A stretch of 64,000 bases of DNA. Origin: an uncultured delta proteobacterium. Its GTDB lineage: Bacteria > Desulfobacterota > Zymogenia > Zymogenales > Zymogenaceae. Positions within the stretch are counted from its first letter, which is position 1. Every line of letters starts with the position of its first letter. The stretch lies in the NCBI GenBank assembly GCA_963735595.1, contig CAVTLK010000005.1:96001-160000 (forward strand), written 5' to 3'. Of this stretch, positions 19,799 through 30,921 are shown piece by piece. The translations under genes and the position numbers were made by a program. The notes under the pieces are model-generated. The model did not search any database, was not told where the DNA came from, and saw only the letters and a program-made list of their open reading frames with translations.

Positions 19799-21018
19799 AC
19801 GATAAGCTCAACGAACAGATGGACCTCATTAATCGGGGCACGGTGGAGATTATCACAGCCGGAGAGCTGGAGAAAAAGATCAGCAAATCCATAGCGGAAA
19901 AGAAGCCGCTTACCGTCAAGACCGGATTTGACCCGACGGCCCCGGACCTCCACTTCGGGCATACGGTCCTGATCCAGAAGATGAAGCATTTTCAGGACCT
20001 CGGCCATCGGGTTGTCTTTCTTATCGGCGATTTTACCGGGATGATCGGCGATCCCTCGGGAAGGTCGTCCACACGCGAGCCGATGACGCGGCAGCAGCTG
20101 CTCATCAACGCGGAGACCTACAAAGAGCAGGTCTTCAAGATCCTCGATAAGGATAAGACGGTCATCGCGTTCAACTCTACCTGGATGAATGAGCTGGGAA
20201 TTGACGGCTTTGTCGAGATATCGGCCCAGATGACGGTAGCCAGGATGCTGGAGCGTGAGGATTTCAAGGCCCGATTCGTCAACAACCAGCCCATATCCAT
20301 CCACGAGTTCCTCTACCCCCTCGTTCAGGGGTATGACTCGGTGGCACTCAAAGCCGACGTGGAGCTCGGGGGGACCGATCAAATATTCAACCTGCTGGTG
20401 GGGCGCGATCTTCAGAAGTATTTCGGCCAGCCCCCGCAGGTCGTCCTGACGGTACCGATCCTGGTGGGTACCGACGGCGTAAAAAAGATGAGCAAGTCGG
20501 TCGGCAACTACATCGGAATCACGGAGCCGCCCGGCGAGATATTCGGCAAGGTCATGAGTATCTCGGACGTGCTGATGATAAACTTCTACGAGCTGCTCTC
20601 AAATATCCCCACGGCGGAGTTCAACCGCCTGAAGGAAGATATCGCGCGGGGGACGAAAAACCCGAAAGAGGCCAAGGAAGACCTGGCCGAGGAGCTGACC
20701 GCCCGGTTCTGGGGGAGTGAGAAGGCGCAGGAGGCGCGGCGGGAGTTCGGCAGGATATTTGCCGAGGGCAAGGTCCCCACAGACGTTCCCGAGATTATCT
20801 ACCCGAAGAGCGGCGAGATCTGGCTGCCCCGGGTATTTACCGAAACGGGGACGACCGCTTCCACCTCCGAGGCCAAGCGGATGATCGCCTCCGGCGCAGT
20901 GTCGATCGACGGGCAGAAGATGACGGAAGAAAACGGCTTCTACAAGGCGGGAGAGAAGCATATCTTCAAGGTCGGCAAGAAGAAGTTTGTCTCGATCGTT
21001 TTTAAGGAAGAAAAGTAG
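19795..21018 (+). CDS. tyrS: Tyrosine--tRNA ligase
   Basis: [13 protein letters not shown] (HIGH-like), KMSKS, C-terminal S4 domain. Confidence 0.97.
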   Translation: MNDKLNEQMDLINRGTVEIITAGELEKKISKSIAEKKPLTVKTGFDPTAPDLHFGHTVLIQKMKHFQDLGHRVVFLIGDFTGMIGDPSGRSSTREPMTRQQLLINAETYKEQVFKILDKDKTVIAFNSTWMNELGIDGFVEISAQMTVARMLEREDFKARFVNNQPISIHEFLYPLVQGYDSVALKADVELGGTDQIFNLLVGRDLQKYFGQPPQVVLTVPILVGTDGVKKMSKSVGNYIGITEPPGEIFGKVMSISDVLMINFYELLSNIPTAEFNRLKEDIARGTKNPKEAKEDLAEELTARFWGSEKAQEARREFGRIFAEGKVPTDVPEIIYPKSGEIWLPRVFTETGTTASTSEAKRMIASGAVSIDGQKMTEENGFYKAGEKHIFKVGKKKFVSIVFKEEK

Positions 21019-21073
21019 GGGGGCTCCCGGTTTGCTGGCCGGGGCGTCCCAGGCCGGTAATCTCACCTTGTCC

Positions 21074-22023
21074 CTAACCAGCACTCGAACGTCTCGTCCA
21101 TAGATTCCAGCGTTGCCTGGGCGTCAGCGACAACAGCAGCTTTCCTTTTGCCGGGTCAATGATCGGCTGGGGATAAAAGAGTATGTTGTTATCGGTCCCG
21201 ACCGGGTAGATGCCCGCCCGCCTCAATAACCCCACCAGCGTCGACGTTGCCTCCGGGAGCCGAACCAGCCGCCGACGCGCTCTCGTAAGCCTCGAAGAGA
21301 AAATCACCGATCTCCCGTTGACTTATGACGTCCTCCGCCGCGACGTTGAGGATCAGGCAGCGTTCGTCCCTCAGGAGGATCACCCGGGCCATCGCAGAGG
21401 CGAGGTCTTCCACGTCGATATACTGCACGAGATTGCCGCCCTTCCCGATAATGTAGACCGGCTTTCCGTTCACCGCGCTTCTCAGGGAGAAATAGAGGGA
21501 TGGGAACAGGTCCCGGGGTGTCCCCCATCCGATGACCGGGGGTGCACGTAGGATGACCACCAGGAGATCACGCTCGGCGGCGGCGCCGATGAGGTGGTTT
21601 TCGATGGTCAGGTGCTCTTTTCCCATCGGAGTAAGGGGACGGCGTCTTTCTCCTTCTTCGATAAAGGTCTCGTGGGGCCTGCCGTAGACCTCCGATCCCG
21701 AGAGATAGACGAACGAGGAGACGCCGAGGTTCTCGGCAAGCGTCAGGAGCTTGATGGTCATGGCCAGGGCCGAGGATAGTCCCGCCGTGTCCCGAGGTCT
21801 TTTCCGGCGATACTCTGAGCAGATGAAAGATATGATCGACGCCCCGGACCATGTCGGAGAGCAGGCCGGCCCGCATGATATCGCCGGACAGGTACTCCGC
21901 GTCGGCAACCGGATTGTCGACCGGGTCGACATCAAAACCCCGGACCGAAAAGCCGAGGGCTACGAGCCGTTGGATAAGGCAGCGGGCGATATATGATCCG
22001 GCGCCGGTAACTAAGGCTTTTAT
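21074..22023 (-). CDS. Atypical NAD-dependent epimerase/dehydratase (extended SDR); two frameshifts
   Basis: KALVTGAGSYIA..LVALGFSVRGFD, VDHIFHL, FVYLSGSEVYG, VILRAPPVIG, YIDVEDLA; ATA where the start is expected after GGAGG. Confidence 0.75.
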
Positions 22024-22237
22024 CGTCTTCCTCCACTCCCGAAATCAGGGCGAGCGCGACATACGCAGCAGGGCCCGCGGGGGCCTGCGGCTATATCGCG
22101 GATTGCCCGTGCTGACGGAAACCGGCTAAGCGATACAGCGAATTATAACTGCGGCCTTTTCCCGACTCGTTACCCGGTTCTTCCCGACGGGGAGACGGCG
22201 GCCGCGGTATCGACAGTCCATAAGGGGTCCGCAGCGG

Positions 22238-23372
22238 CTATTTATAGCTCCCGTACAGGACAAACGGCGCCCAGAAGGCGGGATGCGCGAACCGGAACCG
22301 TCCCTTGTCTTTTTCAAAATCGATGATTCTCTTCTGGGCGAGTCTCAACGCCTCGGCCTTGTCGTTATCGGGCAGGTACGTGTAAAAGAAGTTCATCAGG
22401 TTTGAGGTCATCCCCTTGTCGAGCGTATAGAGGGGCGCGACAACCGCCGCCGCACCTGCCGTCAGGAAGGCGCCGGGAAAGCCCTCGGACGGGCTCCAGG
22501 TCAGCCCCGCGCGGTCGGCGGAGATCGTTACGAGGTCAACGTCGATCGTCATGGCGCCGACCTCGGCAACCGTCAGGTTTCCATCGTCACCGCCCCCGGC
22601 GGTGAACAGTAACTTCGAGTTCTCGTCGGAGCCTGATTTGAACGGAGCTGTAGGTGGTTATATGGAGGATCGAGACGGGGCCCTCCGCGAGCCCGGCCTT
22701 CAGCGCGGTCTCGGATCGCCGCCTCTCCCTCGTACAGTACCGTGCCGGGAACAAAGAAGACGACGTCCTCCATCTCGGCCTGGGCCATCCGGAGGTCACC
22801 GTAGCCCGCGGGGTACTTGGCGTTACCGATGACGATGCCGCCGGTAAGCATCGATTTATCGGTGGAAAGACAGCGGCCCATCAGGGAGACCGACGGCGCG
22901 TAGAAGAGGGCAAAGTCGTCGACCAGGAAAGCGGGGCCGCTTGGGGTCCTTTTTCGAGACAAGGGCGCCGAAGGTAAAGCCGGCAGAGCTTCTTGCCCGG
23001 GACGATGCCCAGCCGCTCGATGCCCGCGAGATCGCCGATTACGGGTTTGATCAGGACGGCCCAGAGGGTGGCCGCCTCGTCCTGATAGGGGGTCATGGCG
23101 TTGAGGGATCCCATGATGTCGGAAAAGAAACCGATCTTTACCTCCAGCGGTTCGGCGGTCTTGCCAAGCTCGCGAGTGGTCACGCCGCCGCTCCTGACTA
23201 CGTCGACCGTTCCTCCGCCCGCGTCATAGACCAGGACGGCGGTCTTCTCATCGAGCAGCGGCCGTATTTCGGCGTAGGGATCGGTATCCTCGGCCGCGGC
23301 AATCGCGGCAAGGCACGGAAAGACGAACAGGATCAGGACGGCTGCTGCGGCTATTTCTCTCATGGTTCTCAT
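22238..23372 (-). CDS. Signal-peptide CHAT-domain protein with substituted catalytic residues; several frameshifts
   Basis: LWAVLIKPV..RLGIVP, FLVDDFALFYAPS, LHITTY, LVTISADRAG, AFLTAGAAAVVAPLY, ALRLAQ, HPAFWAPFVLYG. Confidence 0.8.
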
Positions 23373-23544
23373 GGGATCTCCTTTGCGCGGCCCGCAGGCT
23401 TGGCGATCGGCTGCGGGTTTGGGTTTGATCGTCAGCGTGGCAACGCGAAAACGCGAAAAACGGCGCGGTATGGCTTTTACGCTACTGTGCATCGATGGTA
23501 TATCAGAACAGGCATTCGAACGATCCGCACCGGCACGATCTCGT

Positions 23545-24476
23545 TTAATCCGTCCGCTTGACGGCCAGCATTCGATCCAGCGATCCCTTGGCGGCCTTTC
23601 TGATATCCGGGGCGACCGTCACCACATTTTTCATCTCCAGAAGGCAGTCGTAGATGTCCTGGAGCGTGGTCAGTTTCATATTCGGACAGATCATGTGAGA
23701 CGCCGCGGGTACGAATTCCTTGTCCGGGTTATCTCTCTTGAGGGGATGGAGGATCCCCCTCTCGGTGCCGATAATGAATTTCTTGTAGGGCGTTTTCTTG
23801 ACAAAATCGAGCATCCCCGAGGTGCTGGCAACCCTGTCAGCCATGTCCACGACCGAGGGACGGCACTCCGGGTGGGCGATGAAAAACGCAGCCGGGATGT
23901 TTTGATTTCACGGCCGCCACCTCATCGGGGGTCAGGCGTTCATGGACGGGGCAAAAGCCGTTGTGCCAGTAGATCATTTTTTTCGAAAAACGGGCGGTAT
24001 AGTGGGCCAGGTTACGATCCGGCGCCATGAGGACGGTGTCGGCATCCAGCGAATTGACGACCGAAACCGCATTGGCCGACGTGCAGCAGATATCGGTGAC
24101 GGCCTTGACATCGGCCGTCGAGTTGACATAGGTGACCAGCGGCGCCTCGGGGTGCTGCCGCTTAAAGTCGAGCGCGGCCTCCCGCGTGATCATGTCGGCC
24201 ATGGGGCAGCCGGCGTCTTGACGCGGGATGAGGACGGTCTTGGTGGGGGAGAGGATCGCCGCGCTCTCGGCCATGAAGTGGACGCCGGCAAAGACGATAA
24301 CCTCGGCCTCGGTGGCCGCGGCCTCGATAGACAGCCCCAGGGAGTCGCCCGTCAGGTCGGCAACGTCCTGAACCTCGGGCCGCTGGTAGTTGTGGGCAAG
24401 CAGAATCGCGTTTCTTATGGGCCAAAAGGTCCCTGATCTTGCGCTCGAGATCGTTCGTTTCTACGGCGGTCTCCAC
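23545..24476 (-). CDS. nadA: Quinolinate synthase (two frameshifts, ~24410 and ~23870)
   Basis: [55 protein letters not shown]. Confidence 0.93.
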
Positions 24477-24493
24477 TTTTGCCCCTTTTACCC

Positions 24494-24551
24494 TCACAGT
24501 AATCTTGACAATGATTGGTAAGATATTATAATTAAATGGCTTTTTTGTCAA
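24494..24551. promoter_or_regulatory. Overlapping divergent sigma70 promoters plus putative NrtR-type operator
   Basis: Plus TTGACA(24505-24510)-N16-TATAAT; minus TTGACA(24551-24546)-N17-TAATAT; 21-bp TCACAGT-AATCTTG-ACAATGA (GT-N7-AC) at 24494-24514. Confidence 0.6.
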
Positions 24552-24626
24552 ACAATTTTGAAGCGCGGCCCTCAATAGAGTCCGTTTACGCGGCGGAGGG
24601 CCGGCGCCGTCCGTTTAGGACAAGAT

Positions 24627-25718
24627 ATGATCAGCACCGTTTCCCTTCGTGGGCCCGTATAGGGAGACCGCTAGCCCTCGGCCTCCTTTTTACCGCCATT
24701 GCCGGCTGCGCACGCCGTGTCTTCCGTCACAGAAACGCTCCCGATCGAAGAAAAGGCCCAACGACAGAGTATCATCGTCTCGTTTTCCAATCCCCCGGCC
24801 GAGATCATTCCCATCGAAAACGAGGCCGTAACCGAGGAAATCGAGACGCTCAAGAAATCCCCCCATTCCGTTGCGCGGTGGCTGGCAACCGCGGCACGAT
24901 TCTCTCCGCTGATGAAAGGGGTCCTGAGGGCCCACGGGGTGCCTGAAGAGCTCATGTATGTGGCGATCCTCGAGAGCGGTTTTGACCCGAAGGCGGTCTC
25001 GGTCAAGGGGGCGGGGGGGCCATGGCAGTTTATCCCCGGCACGGCCAAGGGCTTCGGCATGGAAATGGACGACTGGGTGGATGAGCGGCGGGACTTCGAA
25101 AAATCGACGGTCGCGGCAGCCAAGTACTTCTCGGGGCTCTATTCATCGTTTTCCAGCTGGGAGCTGGCGCTGGCCGGGTACAACTGCGGCGGGGGGTCGG
25201 TGAACGCTGCCATCAAGGCGTGCGGGTCGGTCAACCTGTGGGAGATGGATAAGATGGGAAGGCTCAGCTTCCAGGCCCGGGGCTACGTTCCGCGGGTGCT
25301 GGCCCTCATTCTGATCATGGAGGACCCCGAGAAATACGGGTTTACCCGGCCTAAGGGCATGGTGCCCCTTACCTACGACAAGGTCTACGTGCCGGGAGGG
25401 CTGCCGCTCTGGTTTTTTGCGAAATTCCTGGGGACGACCGAGAAGACAATGGCGTCCCTCAACCCGGAGCTCCTCAGGGGGGTTACGCCGCCGGGCGCAA
25501 CCGACTATGAGCTGAAGATCCCGGCCGGCAAGAAACGGCTCTTTGCCGAAAAGTTCTCCGAGGCCTATGACGTACTACGGGGACGACCTGATCCGGCGTG
25601 GGGAGATAAAGAAGAGACCGGCCAAATAGGCGGATGCCCGATTCTCCTCAGTCCCGGCCCCTCCCCGCGGGACGTGTGCGCCGGCCGCGAGACCGGCCCT
25701 ATCCCACAATCGGTATAA
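24627..25718 (+). CDS. MltD-like lytic transglycosylase (SLT domain), probable lipoprotein; 5' frameshift(s)
   Basis: GVPEELMYVAILESGFDP, AGGPWQFIP, DERRD, ALAGYNCG; lipobox-like LALGLLFTAIAGC in an adjacent frame; start uncertain. Confidence 0.85.
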
Positions 25719-25734
25719 CCCAAGGAGCCATGCG

Positions 25735-27459
25735 ATGAGTTATCCGCGGCCCGATATAGAGAGAGAACGCTGGACGGCGCTGGACGGTACGTGGGAGTTC
25801 CAGTTTGACCCCAACGATATCGGCAAGAAAGAGGGCTGGTACAAGAAACGGCTGTCCGGGACCGTCCGGGTGCCTTACTGCGTCGAAAGCGAGGCCGCGG
25901 GACTCCCTCCTGGGAAATTCTACCCGGTTTTCTGGTATGCCAGGGAGTTTTCCCGCGCCCGGCTGCCAAAGGGGAAGCGGTTTTTTCTCAATTTCGGGGC
26001 CGTCGATTACGAGGCGGACGTCTGGATCAACGGCGGCTATTTGGGCCGTCACCGGGGCGGCTACACGCCGTTTTCCTTCGAGATCACCGATTTTATCGGG
26101 GAGAATAACCGGATCGCGGTGAGGGTCGCCGATTATCCGACCCGGCGGACGTTGAGGGGGAAACAGTACATTTACCGGTGGCTCTCGGCGGTCTTCTACA
26201 CGCCGGTCAGCGGGATATGGCAGCCGGTCTTCATCCACGCTACCGGCGACTCGTGCGTAAAAAAGCTCGTCCTGCTGCCGGACATGGATCGGCTGACGGT
26301 GAGGGCCGATATCGACGCGCGGGGCGCGGTGTCTGCCCGGGTGCGGATCACCGATGACGACGGCGCTACGGTCGCCGAGGAAAAACCGCCGATCGACGGC
26401 GGTCGGCTCGAACGGACCTTCGTTATCAAGAATCCGCGGCACTGGTCGGGGGAATCGCCCCACCTCTACCGGGTCCGGGTCACGCTCTACGGCGGCAGGA
26501 ACGCCGTCAGCGACCAGGTAACGGCCGCCACCGGCCTCAGGAGGATAGAGACCAAGGGGGGAAGGGTCCTTCTGAACGGGAAACCGATCTACCTGAAGAT
26601 GCTGCTTGTGCAGGGATACTACCCCGGCGGCCACTATACGCCGATGGACGAAAACCAGTTCGAGCAGGAGATCATCCGGTACAAGTCGCTGGGGTTCAAC
26701 GGCATCAGGATGCACGAGAAGATCGAGGACCCGCGCTACCTGTCCTGCTGCGACAGGCACGGGCTGCTGCTATGGGAGGAGATGCCCTCGCCGTTTCTCT
26801 TCGGGGGGCTGGACCGGGCGCAGTACGAGCGGGAGCTCGGCGAGGTCCTCGATCGCGACGCCTGCCACCCGTCGGTCATGGCGATGGTCCTCTTCAACGA
26901 GACGTGGGGGATCTACGACCTCTTGTGGAGCAAGAAAAGACGGAGATTCCTCGAATCGATGTACCGGCGGGTAAAGGAGTTCAACCCCGGTATCGCCGTC
27001 GTCGATAATTCGGGCTACGACCACCTGGTCACCGATATCGTCGATATCCACCACTACCTGAACACCGACGAGAAGATCCACGCCCTTTACCGGTTACTCG
27101 GGGACAAAAAACGGATGTCGCGGCAGTTTCTGCGGCTCGTAAAGACGGCGGTCAATATCGTCAAGACGCACGTCGTGGCGAGGGTCCCGTACCTGAGACA
27201 GGGGACCTACCGGGGGCACGAGCCCTTTATCGTCAGCGAGTTCGGCGGCGCGGGATACTACACGGGGGCCGGGGCGTTCATGGAGAATTTCAGGCATAAC
27301 GTTGAGCTGATGCGGGAATACCCGATCATCACCGGCTACTGCCTGACACAGGCATACGACGTAGAGAACGAGAAAAACGGGATACTGAACTTCGACCGGT
27401 CGGAAAAATACCCGGCCAAGGACGTTAGGGCGATAAACGGGATGGTGGGGAAGAAGTGA
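25735..27459 (+). CDS. Glycoside hydrolase family 2 (beta-galactosidase/glucuronidase-like)
   Basis: LDGTWEF, FGAVDY, HRGGYTPF, SGIWQPV, GFNGIRMH, NE acid/base (LFNETWG), SEFGG nucleophile. Confidence 0.9.
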   Translation: MSYPRPDIERERWTALDGTWEFQFDPNDIGKKEGWYKKRLSGTVRVPYCVESEAAGLPPGKFYPVFWYAREFSRARLPKGKRFFLNFGAVDYEADVWINGGYLGRHRGGYTPFSFEITDFIGENNRIAVRVADYPTRRTLRGKQYIYRWLSAVFYTPVSGIWQPVFIHATGDSCVKKLVLLPDMDRLTVRADIDARGAVSARVRITDDDGATVAEEKPPIDGGRLERTFVIKNPRHWSGESPHLYRVRVTLYGGRNAVSDQVTAATGLRRIETKGGRVLLNGKPIYLKMLLVQGYYPGGHYTPMDENQFEQEIIRYKSLGFNGIRMHEKIEDPRYLSCCDRHGLLLWEEMPSPFLFGGLDRAQYERELGEVLDRDACHPSVMAMVLFNETWGIYDLLWSKKRRRFLESMYRRVKEFNPGIAVVDNSGYDHLVTDIVDIHHYLNTDEKIHALYRLLGDKKRMSRQFLRLVKTAVNIVKTHVVARVPYLRQGTYRGHEPFIVSEFGGAGYYTGAGAFMENFRHNVELMREYPIITGYCLTQAYDVENEKNGILNFDRSEKYPAKDVRAINGMVGKK

Positions 27460-27635
27460 TACCTTGGCCACACGGAAGCGCGTACGGGTGCGCCCCGTCT
27501 ATTGCGGCCGGAGAACGGGAGCTTTGTAACGGAACTCGCGAAAACAACATAAGAGGAATGCGCTACAACGCGTTTCGCCGGTAACGGGTGAGCGCGCGCC
27601 TGCGGACGGACTGTCGGGGCGAGATCGCCTGATCC

Positions 27636-28793
27636 CTACTTCACCACCGGGTACTGCCCGCTGCCAATCGGCCACCAGGTGCCCTTGGCCAGGTCGACGA
27701 TCCTGATCACGTCGCCGTCTAAGAGCTTTCTCGTGCTCATGTTGTTGAGCTTCTCCCCGCCGATCGTATCTTCCTTATCCTTGCTACGCTTATAGAGCGC
27801 CTCGATATAGTCCGAGTTCATGTCTTCCGGAGAAAACACCAGGGGCGTCTCTTTGCCGTCCACCGTCTCCGTGAACTTGGGCAGGTTATCCTTGAATACA
27901 TAGAAATAGGCGGCGAGGTCACCCTCCGGAGATACCGCGAGGGAGTAGATCGGGCCCGGCTCCTCGGCGACGCCGGTGACCGCGCCGGTGGCCGGATCGA
28001 GGCGGTAGAGCCTGCCCGTTTTCGTGTCGTTATAGATGAAGAGGGCGTTGCCGGTGGCGGTAAGCCATCTCGGGCAGGAAAAACCGAGGGGCGAGGCCGG
28101 CGTGGGCGTTTCGGTGAAGGAAGCGGACTTGATCTCGGTAACGGCCCTCGTGGCGACGGTCACGAGCGCCAGGCGGCTCTTGCCGTTGTTGAATTCGGAC
28201 AGGAGGATCGATTTTCCGTCCGGGGAGACGGCGATATCGAGGGGGTTTCCCTCGTAGAGGGGATTCGAGCTCCAATCCCCGCCGGCCGCGTCATAGATCC
28301 CGGTGCCGCCGATATAGGCCAGGCGCTGTCCCTCGGCAAACCAGGAGGGGCGGCTGCCGGCGCCGAGGTCGGCGACTTCATCGCCGGACGCGGAGACTAT
28401 CTTGAGATGGCCGGACTCTCCCTTTTCCACCACGGCGATTATATCGGCGGAAGGACAGACCGCGAAATCGGCGACGTTGATGAAAACGTCTTTCGAATCG
28501 CCCGACGCGATATCGTAAGATTTCAATTTCGCGTAGTTATCGATGTAGTAGAGGCCGTCGCCCGAAGTGCTGAAGGCAATCCGGTAGGCGACGGCGATCT
28601 TCTTGGGTGTTTCGGCCTTGATGCCCGAAATATAGGCCGCGCCGTCGTTAATGTAGGCGGCCTCAAAGTCCACCGCCGCGGTATCGTCCTTCTTGTCCTT
28701 GTTTAAGATAAAGTAATAGAAGCCGAAAAAGAGTAACAGGAATACTGCCATCGTAATGAAGAACTGAAGCCCTTTGTTTTGGGGTGCCGCCAT
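27636..28793 (-). CDS. Membrane-anchored beta-propeller (TolB/PD40-like) protein
   Basis: Single N-terminal TM; repeated SPDGK/SPEGD/PSWF..G blade motifs. Confidence 0.65.
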   Translation of the reverse strand: MAAPQNKGLQFFITMAVFLLLFFGFYYFILNKDKKDDTAAVDFEAAYINDGAAYISGIKAETPKKIAVAYRIAFSTSGDGLYYIDNYAKLKSYDIASGDSKDVFINVADFAVCPSADIIAVVEKGESGHLKIVSASGDEVADLGAGSRPSWFAEGQRLAYIGGTGIYDAAGGDWSSNPLYEGNPLDIAVSPDGKSILLSEFNNGKSRLALVTVATRAVTEIKSASFTETPTPASPLGFSCPRWLTATGNALFIYNDTKTGRLYRLDPATGAVTGVAEEPGPIYSLAVSPEGDLAAYFYVFKDNLPKFTETVDGKETPLVFSPEDMNSDYIEALYKRSKDKEDTIGGEKLNNMSTRKLLDGDVIRIVDLAKGTWWPIGSGQYPVVK

Positions 28794-28911
28794 CAGCGTC
28801 TCCTTTTAATCCACGTTTTTTTCGGGTATAATCACTCGTGCTCCGGGGCGCGCCGTTCGGATAACCGATTACCATGCGCGTCAGCAGGGAGCCACTTCTA
28901 TATATCATCTC

Positions 28912-30885
28912 TTGGAGCATAAGTCAACGGTGGGAACACGCAACGATTACGAAACAGAGATAGACGAGTTTTTCGGTAAGGACGGACGTCTCTCGACGGT
29001 GCTTGCCGGGTTCGAGTTTCGGGAAGGCCAGCTCATCATGGCCCGGGCCGTGGGGCGGGCGTTTGCCGAGCGGCGGCCCCTCATGGTCGAGGCGGGCACG
29101 GGGACGGGTAAGACCCTTGCCTACCTGGTGCCCGCCCTCTTCTCGGGCAAGAAGACCGTCGTCTCCACGGGGACTATCAACCTCCAAGAACAGATCGTCC
29201 AAAAGGACGTCCCCATCATCGAACGGGCGATGAACCGGTCCGTCAAGGCGGTGATACTCAAGGGGCGCGGCAACTACCTCTGCCTTCGCCGGTTCGAGCG
29301 GTTCGGGCGTCAGCACGGTCTTGTGCTTGGAGAAGGGGCAACGTTCGCGCGCGAAATCGAGCGGTGGGCGAGGACGACGAAGACCGGCGATCGGGCGGAG
29401 CTTGCCAATCTTCCCGCGGAGTTCGCCCTCTGGGGGGAGATATCCTCGTCACCGGAGAGGTGCTTCGGGCCGAAATGCCCCCGTTTCGACGACTGCTTCG
29501 TGAGCCGCGCCAGGAGAAGGGCGCAGGCCGCCGACATCGTGGTGGTCAATCACCACCTCTTTTTTGTCGACCTGATGGTTCGCGAGCGGGGGGTGACAGG
29601 CGTGATCCCCCGGTGGGAGGCGGTCGTGCTGGACGAGGCGCATAACATAGAAAAGGTCGCCCTCGACTATTTCTCCCTCTCGGTTTCTCCGTTCCGGATC
29701 GACGTTTTGACCAGGGACCTCCTCCACGAGATGACCGCCGAACGGGTTACCGACCGCCGGATCGAGCGGGCGGTACTAGCGGTCACGGAGGGCTCGGTCG
29801 GCTTTTTCAACGCCGTCGGGTTCCGAACCGCCGAGGGGAAGGCCAGGATCGGTCCCGAATTCTTTTCCCCGGAGGACAGAGAGCGCGCCCTGGGGCTTGC
29901 GGCGCGGTTGTCGCTGTTGGCTGAGGCGGTTCGGTCGTCGGGAGTCCAGCACGAGCCGATCCTGGCGGCCGCGTACCGCGCGCAGGAGATCGCCGATAAT
30001 CTCCAGTTCATCGTGACGATGCCGGACCGCCAGTACGTCTATTGGTCACAGATGTCCCAGGCCAGGGGGGGCGACGTCTTCTTTTGCGCCACGCCGATCG
30101 ATATCGCCAAAGAGCTGCAGCAGCGTTTCTTTAAGAAGGTCGAAACGGTTATTCTCACCTCGGCCACCCTCTCGGTCATGGGCAGCTTCGATTTCTTCAC
30201 CGAGAGCGTGGGGATTGGCTCGGATGTCGAAGGGATCATTGCCCCGGGCGGATTCGATACCAAGCGCAATGCGCTCCTGTTTATCCCCTCCGACCTCCCC
30301 GAGCCGGACCGGCGAACCCCGAACGGGGCAGTGATCGACATGATCGGCCGGTTGCTTTCGCTCAGCCGCGGGCGGGCGCTGGTGCTGTTTACCAGCGTCA
30401 GAAACATGGAGGCCGCCCACGCCGCCCTCAAGGACGCGATTCCAATGAGGGTCATGATCCAGGGCGACGCCCCCCGCGGGGCGCTGCTCGCCGAGTTTAA
30501 AGACGACATCTCCTCGGTTTTGTTTGCAACGGCGTCCTTCTGGGAAGGGATCGACGTGCCGGGGGAGGCGCTCTCCCTGGTGATCATCGATAAGCTCCCA
30601 TTTGACCGGCCGACCGACCCGATCATCGAGGCGAAGCTCGAGTACATGAGAGACCGGGATCAGAACCCTTTTTACCGATATCAGCTTCCCCGCGCCGTCA
30701 TCATGCTGCGCCAGGGGTTGGGCAGGCTCATCCGCTCCCAGAGCGATCGGGGGGTCCTGGCGGTGTTGGATTCACGGATTCGGCAAAAGCAGTACGGCCG
30801 CGTTTTCTTACAAAGCCTGTCCCACTTCTCTTTCACCGATGACCTCGGGGACGTGGGGGCGTTTTTCATGGATCAGGGCTCTTGA
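28912..30885 (+). CDS. DinG/YoaA-family ATP-dependent DNA helicase
   Basis: EAGTGTGKT, KGRGNYLC, Fe-S cysteines, DEAH, TSATL, FWEGID, QGLGRLIR. Confidence 0.93.
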   Translation: MEHKSTVGTRNDYETEIDEFFGKDGRLSTVLAGFEFREGQLIMARAVGRAFAERRPLMVEAGTGTGKTLAYLVPALFSGKKTVVSTGTINLQEQIVQKDVPIIERAMNRSVKAVILKGRGNYLCLRRFERFGRQHGLVLGEGATFAREIERWARTTKTGDRAELANLPAEFALWGEISSSPERCFGPKCPRFDDCFVSRARRRAQAADIVVVNHHLFFVDLMVRERGVTGVIPRWEAVVLDEAHNIEKVALDYFSLSVSPFRIDVLTRDLLHEMTAERVTDRRIERAVLAVTEGSVGFFNAVGFRTAEGKARIGPEFFSPEDRERALGLAARLSLLAEAVRSSGVQHEPILAAAYRAQEIADNLQFIVTMPDRQYVYWSQMSQARGGDVFFCATPIDIAKELQQRFFKKVETVILTSATLSVMGSFDFFTESVGIGSDVEGIIAPGGFDTKRNALLFIPSDLPEPDRRTPNGAVIDMIGRLLSLSRGRALVLFTSVRNMEAAHAALKDAIPMRVMIQGDAPRGALLAEFKDDISSVLFATASFWEGIDVPGEALSLVIIDKLPFDRPTDPIIEAKLEYMRDRDQNPFYRYQLPRAVIMLRQGLGRLIRSQSDRGVLAVLDSRIRQKQYGRVFLQSLSHFSFTDDLGDVGAFFMDQGS

Positions 30886-30892
30886 AAATACC

Positions 30893-30921
30893 TTGACTAA
30901 CAACGATAAAGATACTATAAC
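30893..30921 (+). promoter_or_regulatory. Sigma70-type promoter of the GTPase-chemosensory operon
   Basis: TTGACT-N17-TATAAC followed by a ~205 nt leader. Confidence 0.75.
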
